Positions 51,151 to 63,960 of a stretch of DNA of 64,000 nucleotides are shown in pieces. The first letter of the stretch is position 1; every line of letters begins with the position of its first letter. Under the pieces are notes generated by a model, which saw only the letters and a list, made by a program, of their open reading frames with translations, was not told the DNA's origin and did no database searches. Made by a program: the position numbers and the translations under genes. The stretch spans positions 22,258,001 to 22,322,000 of the forward strand of contig OZ076411.1 of assembly GCA_964187785.1 (NCBI GenBank), in the 5' to 3' direction. This stretch comes from Amphiscolops sp. MND2022. Taxonomy: Eukaryota.

Positions 51151-51463
51151 TTATGCGAGTGAGTAGTTTTTCAATTATTCTCGAATTCGGTTAATGTAAA
51201 GTTTTAACTGTATTTCCAAGTTAACAGGTATGATCGTGTCAGAGCCTTCTGGGGTGGTCTAAATATTCCCCAGGAAGGATGACATCCCAAATTAAAGGCA
51301 TCATGTTGCTGTAAATAAAATCTGAATAACTAAAAATAGAGTCTAAGTATCGCCCCATGACGCAATTTAACTCCAAAAATAGCATCAATGCCTAGCGGCT
51401 ACAAATGTGTACAAGGCCTGTTAGGCTTTCTCAACATAACACTATTGATAAAAGTCAAATGCA

Positions 51464-52258
51464 CGTACTCACCTATTTACATGATCTTGTGCAAATATAT
51501 AAATAAAGCAGGTAGGACAAGTGCCCATCGGTCCAAATATCTCCTTACGGTTTCATAACAAAATGGGTGAAAAGGGGAGGACAATTTGGCTGATTTCATG
51601 GGTGACATGTGGCTTCCAATATAACCTTCGTGTATAAGCAAAATTGCGCACAAATATTATTTCAAATCACCCGTAGAGGGCCATATTCATTTGCTCGTCC
51701 CGGTTGTCTTGTTATCCCAGCTGGGATTATTGCTGAAGCAGAGCAATCATACAATCACTTTCCTGCCAGCTGGGCGGTCACAAATAACAAAAATCTCCAA
51801 GAGCGAAGTGGGACAACCTGCTAATCCGTCACGTTGTTCAAAATGGCAAACGAATAAAGATGCACAAAAGACAGCCAAAGCGGCAGAAACGATCGACCCT
51901 CCAGAATCAACAAGTCTACCCACAGCAAAAAAATTTAACGAGGCCAATGAAATCACAACATAACAATTTTGATAAAATTCATATACATGTATTCACCTAT
52001 TTACATGATCATGTGCATATATATAAATAAAGCAGGTAGGACAAGCGCCCATCGGTCCAAATTTGTCCTTACGGTTTCACAACAAAATGGGTGAAAACGG
52101 GGAGGACAATTTGGCTGATTTCATGTAGCTTTGAGGATTTCAGGTGACATGTGGCTTCCAACATAACTTTCATGTATAAGCAAAATTGCGCACAAATACT
52201 ATTCCAAATAACCCATAGAAGCCCATATTCAATTGCTCCTCCCGGTTGTCTTGTTATC
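51464..52258 (+). repeat. ~260-bp direct repeat (51464-51717, 51988-52258) flanking a ~250-bp copy of the Gypsy 3' tail
   Basis: Both arms share cacctatttacatgatc...cccggttgtcttgttatc. The filler encodes QSNHTITFLPAGRSQIT..RCSKWQT..DAQKTAK, as at 46250-46480. Confidence 0.85.
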
Positions 52259-54694
52259 TAAGCTGCAAAGGGCTCTAACTATCAAACTGTACTCTAGAAG
52301 GGTGCTGTTTCATAATTAAGTAGCATCGATTTGAACTTCAACGAATAAAGCTGCAACCGGCCAATTTCCACTATTAATCAAGACATTACAGCACTGAGCC
52401 GTACTCGGCCTTTGATTGATTAGCACAACCGCGTTTAAAAGTTCAATTCTAAAATTAAGCAGATTGATGTTTAATGTTGTTTTGGACTTCTTGTCTGCGG
52501 CGCCAAGCAAGAAAACATTCGAACTCGTTTCCTTTGCTTGTACGCCTTGGCGTGCAACTTCCCCAACGCTATGAGTTTTAAAGCAACAATTGATCAATTT
52601 ATTTAGCAACGTAACAATTACAATTTCAATAACAAATAAAATACCGGCATAGTTTAGGAATGGGGAATATCCCATTCAGTCCAAGGGGATTGTCCCTGGC
52701 AGGGCACGCCGGTATTTGTACGAAACGCTTTCACCAATTACCATCGCATGCGGCAGCCTGCGGCACTGAGAATTTCATTATTTGGATTTTTCAAATTGTG
52801 TTCAAAAGAAGCATGAAACTAGTCATATAGTAGATCCTAGTCATTCGATTTCAATCAGTTCAATTTTACTTTGTTGATATCGAAAGGAAGTACTCGTAAC
52901 TTTCTAAACTGACATTAGAGTGTGTGAACTAAATGCATTCTGGATTGCATTAGAAAATCAACGATACAGCTAACGTTGTGTGACTTAAATTTGTCGTAAC
53001 AGTTTTGAGGTCATTGGAAACCTTTGTCCATAGTAAGCTCGTATCAAGTATGCCTCATTGTATTCATGTAGCCGTTTCAGGTTTGTTCAAGAGAGCATTG
53101 CTCAAGGCGATAGACTACAGTATTTAATTGATCAATAGTTGACCTATTCAAGACCAGTAGGTTTGAGCAAATAACATTTAAAACTGCTCACTACTTGGGA
53201 AGTAAAGTCCCAGAAAGCGCTCCCAAAGAATCAATCTGAAAAGTGAAAACAATTGAATACATTGAAAAATTTGTATTAGTCTGCCTTCTTCATTCCGGGC
53301 CACTTCGCGTCCCTACAGGTCGGTCTTCGCCTTAACCAGTCGTTGGGCTGGTAGTGGCACGTCGCTTCGCTTCAGCGTTTAAGGTACTGGAAGGATGTGA
53401 TCGCGGCAGATCAGAATAACCTATTTGTACGCCATTCACTGTCAAACTTTCAAACGTTATTTCATTGGACGGTCACCAAACCTTTTTCGCTTGAACCAAA
53501 TTGATCATTTCCAGCAATTACAAACTGAACTAGTTAGAATGGTCAGTAGCAATTTCAGATTTCCAGTTACCTAAAAGAAAACTTCAGGATAGGCTTCGGA
53601 TATCCGAGAATGAAAAATCGAGGTTCACCAAAAATTCTTGAATGGCAAAACTTGCAAATTTCAAAAAGTTATCGCGCTAAATCAAAGCTGCTAGTTTAGT
53701 ATCTGCGACGGCATCTTCCCAGTCTTGAACTATAAGCTTTTACTTGAGTAAAAGGTAATACTGGTAAACAGTAAGTATCTTTTGCATTCTTTGAATTCAG
53801 GCGAAGGTCCCATCGAACTATTAATCAGAAAACACTCGTTCTCTTCATGTGTGTCTCCACTAGCTGTTTAGATAGACAACCTTAACCTCGACAGTACACC
53901 GAGAAGTTGAAAAAGTGACAAAAAATAGGAAAATTTTTCCAAAGCCTGATTTCTCCACGAATAATAGCGACAGCTCAAATCGGTTTTCTGCTCCTGAAAG
54001 CCCTTTACCTAAGCTTTCAAATGCACACTAGTTAGGCTGGGAGTTGGCGCCACTTTCGGGGTGAGAGCGCCACCCTGGTGGCGCGGGCCGGCTTCGCCGG
54101 GCCTTTCAAATGCCACTCGGACTTTTCGCTGAAGCTTCATTAAAAAAACTTCTATATGCGGTTTCAATGGTGGCAAACTGTGTTACTAGAGTGTGACAGT
54201 AACTTAGCAAACAGTTGCTGTGTTATTGAGAAAAAGTTAATTTTCCGAAAAGTATTTTTTTGCAAATTTTCACTTTTTTCCAGTTACCTTTTTGCCGGTG
54301 GTTCGGAAAACAAACTATATTGACACAAACAACAACTCGCCCCAGGTAGTCCAATAGATTGTTGATTAGAAAAACAAAATTTTGTTTTCCTATATGCTTT
54401 TTGCGTTTCGTATTATTTTATTGATTGTGAAAAAAAATCGCTGTCCTCATTTGGGGACAAAAGCACTGTCGAGGTTAAGGAGAAAAAGTTGTGAAAAATC
54501 GTCTGCTCCAAAAAAATACTATTAACTGCTCCACTACTCCAGCTAAAGTAGAAATATTTAAAAAGTGTCGAAGATCAAATCAGAAGCTGACAACTACATT
54601 TTCTAAGAAGGACTCAAACTACGTTTCTTCCATCGTGAGAACATTTTTGATTTTAGTACTCAGAACTTTGAACTTTTAGGGCCAGCAAGTTCAA

Positions 54695-55171
54695 TTTTTT
54701 AATCGGCGCTTTCGTTGAAAAAGCAAACTATGTAGTGACTAATTCTAGTTTTCAAGACCGACCAACTGACAAATTTTATGTTTTATAAGCTGTTGCTTAA
54801 TGACGTGCAACATCTGCCACTTTTTACCGAGGTTAATCCGGATTTTTCGTCTTAAAATTTGGTTCTTGGTTCTCTAAAATTCTCAAAGGCCCAGCACGTT
54901 ATATCCAACGACTTACAGGAGACCTTCATCAAAATTTTTTTTAAATCGAATTTTTCTTCTGAATTTTTTGTTTTTTGAGGTTTTCGGTGGATCAAAATGG
55001 GTTTTGTTGTCTCCAGTTGGAGAAAAAGTGGTTTTCGAGACCTATGCGTATCTTAGGGTATTTTTTTCACTGTAAATTTGATAAAATTTTCACAAAAGAG
55101 TCCCGTCGCATAGACAAAACAATTTTTTGAACCTTGAGCGGGGCGCCGACTTGGGCCGTTCCCGGCTTGTT
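54695..55171 (+). mobile_element. Helentron/DINE-1-like element, second subfamily
   Basis: 5' ttttttaatcggcgctttcgttgaaaagc and 3' ttgagcggggcgccgacttgggccgttcccggcttgtt; the 3' end recurs inverted at 63961-64000. Confidence 0.5.
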
Positions 55172-55689
55172 AAATCAAATAAGGGTTTTGTTAACCCAAT
55201 AATAACCAAAATGAATAGGTTCTTAGACGTTGCGTTTGATACCATGTAGTACAAATCAGCATACCTTTCACCCTAGAACTTCTTTGAAAACCAAAAAGGA
55301 AAATATGCAAACCGACACTCCGTTCAACGCCCGCTTAGGTATTGGGATTACCAAAAATGACCAAATTCAAAATTTTGCAGCCCGCCTCACAAAAGTTTAA
55401 ACTGACTTCTATTCCTTGCCAACCGAGGACATAATTGTTTTGCAGCCCTAGTAAATCTCACTTTATGCATTCAAACACTAACTTATAAATTTTGTCACCT
55501 GAATGCAAAGGAATATTTGGCAAGGACCTTTTTGACTCACTCTTCAAGCAAGAAATTAGCTACTGACAAACTACAAACTCATCATAGTGGTAAATACACA
55601 GAGGTATACTTTGTCAATAATGTTCATCTCTTCTAGCTACCAACCAGTTGTGTAATTCGCGGGTTTATATCACAAACTTTGCAGGTAAA

Positions 55690-55910
55690 AATACATCAAG
55701 AGTCATCAAAAACAACATTTCACGAGAGACAAGATCAATTTTGCATTGGTGTAAAATGCAACACAAATTGAAATACAAAAAAAGCAATTTTTGGTTTCTG
55801 GTGTCATTCGTATTTTGTTGTAACAACTAAAAAGCCTTTCCACTTCAGATGTGGATTCAATTGAGGAGTGCTTTAGTGCCACAGCCTGGATGAAATATCC
55901 CATGTTATCA
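55690..55910 (-). mobile_element. hAT transposase C-terminal dimerisation-domain relic
   Basis: STSEVERLFSCYNKIR..PET matches the hATC S..ER.FS motif. Confidence 0.55.
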
Positions 55911-55960
55911 TCGTTGGATTTCCAAAATTTTGTGATTGCAGTGATAATGTTTTCGGATGA

Positions 55961-56010
55961 TTCACCATGTGATAATCCTCTCCTGTGCGGTCCTCATTTA
56001 TGTCATTCTT
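55961..56010 (-). mobile_element. Small LTR-end/PBS remnant of the 33255/36024 family
   Basis: Minus strand GAGGAGAGGATTATCACA|TGGTGAA. Confidence 0.5.
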
Positions 56011-56721
56011 ATAAATCGATCCTTACATGACTAACTTTACTTCGCCTTTTGATTGGCTGTCAGAGGCAGCGTATCAACTGTACCCGCTTAATCAACATCT
56101 ACGAAGTTAATAGTACCTTGTGGTATGAGTCATTACTAATACAAATGATGATTTCAACATAGCACTGTACACTAAATGAGATCAATATGATGAGTCATAC
56201 TGCCAAATATCACGATCAAAAAATATATAAAGAGTAGAATTATACTGTGATATGCTGCAAGATTTGTACGGCTTCTGGTTCAAATGTTTAAGTCCGTATG
56301 CATTAGGAGTTATCAGGGTTCTTGCATAATTTATTCATTCCACCGAAAATCATGCAAACTGCTATTATATGTTAAATATGTTAACATCATGCAACACTTA
56401 GTGAATTAATTATGAATGAACATTATTTAGCAAGTGTGGTTAACAGTAGTAGCAAATAAATCCAAATATTGCTGGTATTCAAAAGTTATGCATAAGTTTA
56501 CAAAAAATGAGTTTTATGAAGCAGTGAGGTTTTGAACAGTTTCCCTGTAGATGGGTGAGACATTTGCCCTCAACGATGCACTGCGGATCCAACGCAAGCT
56601 CTAGGCTGCGACACACCAACTTTTTCAAGCCACACACTCAATTCCAGTATTGCAAAAAACTATACGAGGGAATACTCGGACATCTTTAAAAAATTGAAAT
56701 CCGGAATGAATCCCTTCTTCA

Positions 56722-58466
56722 CAGGGCTGTATTCAGCAAAACTGGATCCAACAAGCTGCTGGATTTCGTCCAGCAACCAACGTGCTGGATCCAGCATTTA
56801 TTTAATCTTTTTTCTTTTATATATGATTTCATTAAAGTTCTGTAAATGCATTATACATTGTTTTTCAGTTATCGTGCCAGCGGTGACACTCGGCACGTTG
56901 CAGATTAGATGAATTGCAAGTTGTGCAGTACTGAAATTGTGTTCAGAAGCCTTAACGAGCATTTACCATCCCTGAGGCGACATTCATCCGACAATCACCC
57001 TACCGTATTAACTGCAGATGGTCCGAGCAGTTCGAAAATTCCTTAAATCTGAGACCTCTGCTTGTCAAGGGCCTCCAATCCAAAGATTCCTACTTTACCG
57101 AAACTGGACCGAGTTACCATTGCCATCTGTGGCTCGAACCATGCCTGCCGTTCAGTAATGTGAAAGATGACGTCTTTAAGTGGGGATTTGAAGCAGGATG
57201 ATTCTCGCGCCAACAGATAACTGATAACGCAAGGAAGTTAGCGGCAAATTGGAGATCGCGAATTGTGGAGACAGGTTTTGCTCGATCATGTTAGACGGAT
57301 GGTCCAACAAAATAACTGGAGTTCATCAGGTTTGTTTTATGGCTCCGCGTGTCCCAGTAGATACTTTTGGTCCAGTGTGGATTGCAAAGACAAATCAGCG
57401 GACAATACAAATATTGATACTTTGCGAGATATGACCGACAAGGGGGCGATTATCATCAGTGCCCTGGCCGACAATGCCGCAAACATTCAAAAATCACTGC
57501 GGCTGTTGGATCGCGAATTCCCAATTATTGTAAATTGTGGATGTGTCGCGCATATGTTGAATCTTGCATGTCAGACGTTTTTCGTTGAATCGAAAATGTG
57601 ACCAAGGCAGGTGCGATGCTGGAGCGTGAGGGATCTGTTCCCAGTAACAGTAAAGTTATATGGAATTCTAAGTTCGAAGCATTGAAAAATGTCATGAGCT
57701 GGGATTGGGAACAACAGAGACTCATGCAATATTTTCACAGGCAATCCTAATTTTGGACGTTGTTGCCAAACTCATCATGATTATTCAATTTGATACATCT
57801 TCAGTGAAAGTTGTAATTCAAGCCTTATAGAATTTCGTCAGAATTGGCCATTGTCAACTCTTCCAAGTGAGACGCGAAGAGCGCTGGAGATAATTTTTAA
57901 AACAAAATATGGAAATAAATTTCGGAGGGAATAATGGGTATGCTGGCAGATTATTTCCAGGATTTCCTGGGCTTAACTCTGGAAGCAGAAGTTATTCCTA
58001 TATTTGTATATAAAAAGGGCCCTGAGGAGGTAACACAGTGGATTCGAGCGATTTTGCCGGGAGCGCGGTTTGCAGACTTTTTTTGACACTCAGGTCTTGG
58101 AAGCTCAAATTTACATCTCAAATTACCCTGTGCATAAAACTTCAGCGAATCTGTTACTGAAAATGCCAGTGAACGGAGGCGGCAGTCGAAAGAGCTTTTT
58201 CAAGGCACAAAACTGTTCATATCAGACTCGAGGTCAGTCTAAAAACTGACAACCTTGAGTCACAGCTCTTCATACGGTACAATTTCGAACGAATATTGAA
58301 AACAGCATCTATGGAAGGCAAGACAGAAGTACTCGAGTGTGAAATCTTAAATTTACTTTTCAATGTTGATATTAAAATCAAGTTTTGCCATCATACCGGT
58401 TTTTATGTATCTGCTGGATCCAATCTCCAGCTGAATGCACTGGATCCAGCAAAATCTACACCCCTG
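56722..58466 (+). mobile_element. hAT DNA transposon (1745 bp, degraded transposase) with 8-bp TSD CTTCTTCA
   Basis: TIRs CAGGGCTGTA / TACACCCCTG; TSD at 56714-56721 and 58467-58474; subterminal ctggatcc repeats at both ends; transposase motifs IMLDGWSN, ADNAANI, CVAHMLNL, WNSKF. Confidence 0.9.
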
Positions 58467-58959
58467 CTTCTTCATCATCTACGTATTTCAAACAGTTCGA
58501 TCCATTCATCGCCTTACTATGTTTTAGTGGTACTTTTATGGGGCAAACCAGTCAAGGAAGAAATTCAAAAGGCGAATTTTCTTGGTTCCAATTTTGAGAC
58601 TGAATATTTGGGCACCGGGAAAGACATTTAGGCACCACTAAATCCACTATATGTGCTAAACAGCATTGGCAGATGGCAGTTTGGATAAAGTGCGCTGAGT
58701 ACATTTGAGTAACATTTTCGCATATTCGAGACGTTATCGGAAGCAAAATTAAATATGTTGAAGGGAAGTAATTACGTATTTCTGCACTATCTTGAACGAG
58801 TTGAGCAACACGTATGTACTCAACAGCCTTTTTGAAAAGAATGCTACGTGGCTCACTAGGTGTCCTTTATCGGGGACCACAGAGGAAAAAATAACGCTTG
58901 AGAATACGGCCTTCATGGTCACTAGTTTCGTCAAACATAACTAGAGGATTGTCGTTATC

Positions 58960-59005
58960 TTTTTAGTCGGCGCTTTTCGTAGAAAACGCAGACTATAGCA
59001 GTGAC
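58960..59005 (+). repeat. Isolated 5' hairpin of the Helentron-like family
   Basis: ttttagtcggcgcttttcgtagaaaacgcagactatag. Confidence 0.55.
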
Positions 59006-59288
59006 TTATTCGTCGCAAGCGACGATTCGTCACAAGCACGGAGGCGTTTTTTTTTCAACGAAAAAGCGACCCAACTAAAATCATAGAAATTTACGGTTTT
59101 TTTACTTTGAAAAGTTATCTAACGTTTCTTCAAAAAACATGTTTTAGTAACGATAGGAACAAAATTTTGAACAGAATATCTGAGATTGGTATACACATAA
59201 GCTTTCAAACCTACTGCATAAAGAAAGAGTCAATGATATTTGCAGATGTGATGTTGCTGTGTCCAGTTTGTTCGTAAAAAAGCTTGGT

Positions 59289-59814
59289 CACAAGCGACAA
59301 TTCGTCTCAAATTCCAAAAAACGACAAGATGTTACAAACGGCAGTTCGTCCCATTTTGAAAAGGCGACAATACGTCCCAAATTGTTTAATTGATCAATTA
59401 ATTAACAACCTTTTGAAGAATGAAATCACAGAATTGAACAAATAGTTCCAAGAATCGACATGATTGAGTATTGCATTTTAATGTACAGTCCTGAAATACT
59501 GAAGATTGTGAAAGAAGGTTGTCCAATTTGCCACAAAGAGGTCCTATTATTCGGTGTTAATTTTTGGTACCTGCCTCTAAATCTAACATTTCCGGATTCA
59601 ATATTAGGCAAGGTAAAGGTAATAATTGGCAATTAAATTGGGGACGAATGGTAGCTTTTAATGATTGGGACCAATTGTCGCCTTTTCAAAATGGGACGAT
59701 TTGTCGCCTTTTGAAAATGGGACGAATTGACGCTTGGGACGAATTCACTTTTTGAAATTTGGGTGAATTGTCGCTTGAGACGAATCGCGGCTTGAGACGA
59801 ATTGTCGCTTTGTG
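59289..59814. mobile_element. Foldback-type MITE with repetitive inverted arms
   Basis: cacaagcgacaattcgtctcaa (59289) versus ttgagacgaattgtcgctttgtg (to 59814); the arms are built of gcgacaattcgtcc-like units. Confidence 0.7.
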
Positions 59815-60231
59815 TTCAGAGTCATTGTTATGGTTTGTTTTCGATCCCTTGACACTTGCTTTAGATTTTTATCAACAGTTTATCAATGTTTACGTGCTTC
59901 TTAAGGGAATCGACGCTGCGACTGAGATCAACACCGCTATTGCAAACCCATTTATTTCTTACATTCTTGATTATTTGGCTTTTTCAGGCCTTTGTTTGAC
60001 GGTAATTTTTGACGTAAGATTCTTTGTTGCTCTCTTCGCTATCTATTTCTGAACTCTTTTCACAGAATACGGACAATTTCCATTTAGATTTAAAAACACG
60101 ATACATATAACTGCTTACGGTGGATTCTGAAAAAGCAAAGTTACTTTCACTTAATATAAAGTTTCATTTAATCTCAACGGAAACAAATGAATGAAAACGA
60201 AAACAATTTCATTTTTATATTTGCTGTTCTG

Positions 60232-61000
60232 TTTTTAGTCGGCGCTTTTCTTGAAAAGAGCCGACTATAGTCATGGCTTTGTGTCAGTGTTTTTAGTCGG
60301 CGCATTTTATCAAAATGAGCCCGACTATTACAGTAGCAAGTTTTTTTTTCGTCAGACCACAGAATGTATGCGTAGTGGACACTTTTTACAGAACTACTAA
60401 AAGTACTGAACCGGCAAGCGGAATCACATCTGAGTTACTGCAAAGGGTCCCCCCTTTCGTGTACTCAATTTTTAACGTAAGATACAAAACCGGACGGGAC
60501 TACAGGCTCCCCCCTTTGAATTTTTTTCGGCACTGTGCTACTTTTTTTTCGAATTTTCTTTTGTCGCCAAACGGTCCCCCCTTCAAGTTTTTTGATATTT
60601 TGCAGCAAACTGAAGTTTCAAAAAGCCCAAAGGGTCCCCCCTTTCTAGTTTTTCGGCACTGTCAGACTTTCAAAATTCTCATTTTTCGTTTTTTTGAATT
60701 TTTTTCAAAAAAATTTCAAATTTTTCTTTTGTCGCCAAACGGTCCCCCCTTCAAGTTTTTTGATATTTTGCAGCAAACTGAAGTTTCAAAAAGCCCAAAG
60801 GGCCCCCCTCTCTAGTTTTCGGCACTGTGAGACTTTCAAAATTCTCATTTTTCGTATTTTCGAAAGTTTTTTCAAAAAAAATTCCGAATTTTTTTATTGT
60901 CTCCTTCAATTTTCTTGATATTTTGCAACAGACTGGATTTTCAAAAAGCTGAAAGGGTCCCCCCTTTTACAAGTTTAAAAACTTAGCGCTTTTTTAGATT
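60232..61000 (+). mobile_element. Helentron/DINE-1-like element with a doubled 5' hairpin and internal tandem repeats, 3' end missing
   Basis: Hairpins at 60232 and 60291; tacaaaaccggacgggac at 60483; a ~130-165-bp unit (ttttgtcgccaaacggtcccccttcaag...aagcccaaaggg) is repeated. Confidence 0.62.
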
Positions 61001-61287
61001 TAGAAAACATATTTCGCAGAATTTGCACCTGCAAATTTTTCTCGCCATTGCCGCCAACAGTAATGCTACATAACCGAATCAGCAACTGCTTGACGCAATA
61101 AAAAACGTTGCAACAATCCGGTATCAATATTATCATAGCTCCGGTGAACTTGAAAGTTGGTTGGGATCACACTTCTAGGGTTTCAGAAATCAATTACGTC
61201 TTTCGTAATCACTGTGTGCTCTTTGGGGCAGTAAAGTCGGGCATCAAGCGTGCGCAAGCAGTTGGATCTTAGGGGTATACAGTGGAC

Positions 61288-62133
61288 GGTGTGCGTTCAT
61301 TTCACCCCACTTTCATTTCACACCATATTGTAATTGGTTACATGACATTTCGTCCTATGCAATTTCAACCTATGCACTTTCAACCGTTGCCATTTCAACC
61401 GCTCACAATTTCAACCTATTGCATTTTCAACCGTTCGCAATTTCGACCTGAACTAATTTTGGCTATTTAGTCTTAATTCAGTTGAGCTATTCTTTCAGTG
61501 TAATAATTACTAATGAATCAAACAGCCTTAATTAATTGTAATTATTCATGAAGAAGCCAAAACGTATCGAAACTGGCGTAAAAATTAGCACATTTGAATT
61601 TAGAAATGTATCAAAGTAAAACCACCAAAATAATTATGTAACTAATTCGGATCCATTACCTAAAATTAGTTTAGGTCGAAATTGCGAACGGTTGAAAATG
61701 CAATAGGTTGAAATTGTGAGCGGTTGAAATGGCAACGGTTGAAAGTGCATAGGTTGAAATGTCCTGACACCATTGTAATTGTACAAAAGCGTCTCACCTT
61801 AATTAACAATTAAACTTTGATGTCTACTGTCTTTGAATCAGCTTTGATTTGATTGTCAGTTTCTGGCCTGTAGGATTTTTTTGCCGTAGGAAAACTGAAT
61901 AGGACATTTTTCGCTGATTTTTTTCAGCGCCTTGTTCAGAAGTATTACAGTTCCGATAAGTGAAACTTTTCGGTTCTGATTTTGTGGTTCACATAGCGAG
62001 CATCGTTTGCTTATCTAATGGTAATTTAGTCATTAATCTGAGACGCATTTTATAATTTAAATGTGGGATGAAATGAACGTGGGGTGAAATGAACCTGGGG
62101 TGAAATGAACGTGGGGTGAAATGATACTAAACC
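61288..62133. mobile_element. Outer Mutator-like MITE
   Basis: Arms of gttcatttcacccc / ggggtgaaatgaac units, GG...CC ends, and flanks acagtggac / tcagtggac (8 of 9 match). Confidence 0.65.
61336..61771. mobile_element. Inner Mutator-like MITE with ~110-bp TIRs and 9-bp TSD ATTGTAATT
   Basis: The arms are near-perfect inverted repeats made of tttcaacc units; TSD at 61327-61335 and 61772-61780. Confidence 0.88.
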
Positions 62134-63124
62134 TCAGTGGACACGAGTCCCATTTTATTCACCACTCATCGAGTTTGTTCTCCCATTTTCGTATCTCCCG
62201 TTCTTCGAGATTGCTTACGTGTTCTACTAACTCAGGAGAACCAAACGTTACATCACTCTAATCAACTGGACTCGTGTTCTTTTTTCTGCCGAAAATTCGC
62301 CATTTCAACACGTTGTATATTCAACACGAAGACAATCATTACTTGACGTTTATTTTTCTCTTCACCTATTCAAGTGTTTGCTCAAAACTAGCGACGTTGA
62401 TAGTAGACGGTGGTTGAGTTAACAGGAACAAAGGTCGTCTTTATGGATTCGGGCCCGTAGTTTTAAGGAATAGGCTGAGAGTTTTCTCCCGTGAGCTTAC
62501 TCTCAGGAAACAAGGACTAGGAAGTAAAATATTTTCAAACATTTCAAACACGACTCATGTTATATTTGTGTTTGTCGGCTTCCATAAGCGGACTTGTGCA
62601 TCTGGAAGTATTTTCTGTTGAATTTGTTTTGTTTTCCGTAAAAAGTTTTTCTTAACATTCAACAGCTAATTTTTTTCAACAAAGATTCGAGTCTCCAAAA
62701 ATTTCAACGAAAACGATCCTGGCAATCTTTCATTTGCCTATTCACATACAACAGCATGGTGTATAGAAAGAAGCCGTAATATTGAAAGATTAAGTAACTA
62801 ATACAAAACTATTGATTTGGCAATCTTATAATTGGCAAATAATTATTTCGAACATTTCACACATGGTCACTCAGACGACACAGATTATAAATGAATGAAT
62901 GAACAAATCATAACCAATATGCCGTCACAACCGCCGAAACCCTGTTACATGATAATGAATTATTAAACGGAAAAGCAATATGATACAATTATTAGTACAA
63001 TAACATGTGGTCATTTGAAAACTATGACATCTATTCAGAATGTCATTGTATCGACAATTGTTCATTAGTACCGACAATATGGTGTCTCCTTTCCTGCTTA
63101 CTGTAGGTGAGGCATCAAGGTGAA

Positions 63125-63256
63125 CTAGGAGCAATGGGATTGCACCAGAGCTCTCAGTTTCTCCTCATTGGCACCAACCACTTCTCCGACTTTCTTGCCA
63201 TCCACGAAGACCATGAAGGTCGGCATAGCCGAGATACCTTGTTCTTCCGAGATATC
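63125..63256 (-). CDS. TXN: Thioredoxin, last coding exon (upstream exons, including WCGPC, not seen in the window)
   Basis: Acceptor ttcattcatttcag|GAT, then DISEEQGISAMPTFMVFVDGKKVGEVVGANEEKLRALVQSHCS*, matching the thioredoxin C-terminal MPTF..G..V..V.GAN.EKL pattern. Too short for the ORF track. Confidence 0.88.
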   Translation of the reverse strand, partial: DISEEQGISAMPTFMVFVDGKKVGEVVGANEEKLRALVQSHCS

Positions 63257-63960
63257 CTGAAATGAATGAAATAAATTCAGTCAGATTAAATGTTACTTTT
63301 ATTTAATTACTACGTTCCCCATCGAAATTAAAACGCGTTGAGTCATAGCTTGCTAAGTCTTTAATTTATAATTTGTAATATCCACACTCGTTTGGGTTTG
63401 CTTAATTTAGTTTAAATTCTTTCAAGCTCTGCTTAAAATTCGCATTAGCATAGATGGCTACCAAAAATTGATTCCTTCGAGTCGCAAGCGAAAAATGTTT
63501 TTGGTAGTGAAACTGCAGTAAGATTCGTGCGGAAAAATGCATTCAGCGTTGAGAAGCATTTTTCCGCTGTGTATGAAAACCATGTACACTAACGTTCATT
63601 GAGAAAACATTCAAGTCGGTATTTCATAATAGTGTTTGAATAGTGTTTCTGTTTGGCGGTTACATTATCGGGTAAAAAATCGAGCAAAACAATTGAACTA
63701 AAAAGAGAACAATTTGGTCGGAATACATCACCCTAGTCCGAAGACGCTATCTTACTGTATGCATAGAAAAAAACAAGAGGTACAATGGCACTGCGGTAAC
63801 TTTCGTGTTCTCTGCTACAAGTCTCCAGAAAAAAAATCAGACAATTCCGACAACAATAGTTGTTTCACAAAAAAATTGCAGGAAATTTTATTCTAAAAAA
63901 GTCTTTACTGATCTGAAAATTAGATCATGCTCTTATCTATATCTAAAGTGAAAAACAAAT

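Noticed and set aside
52316-52760. 119-aa ORF / possible exons
   Set aside because: No recognisable motif or consistent splice chain.
54040-54120. GC-rich hairpins (gcgccacc-ct-ggtggcgc; ccggc-ttc-gccgg) as an ncRNA or terminator
   Set aside because: Eukaryotic context, with no supporting structure or copies; it may be part of a repeat.
60315-60918. 166-aa and 74-aa ORFs with an internal repeat
   Set aside because: Chance frames through the tandem repeats of the Helentron-like element.
59289-62133. CRISPR-like arrays
   Set aside because: The short repeated units form inverted TIR arms without unique spacers, and there are no cas genes.
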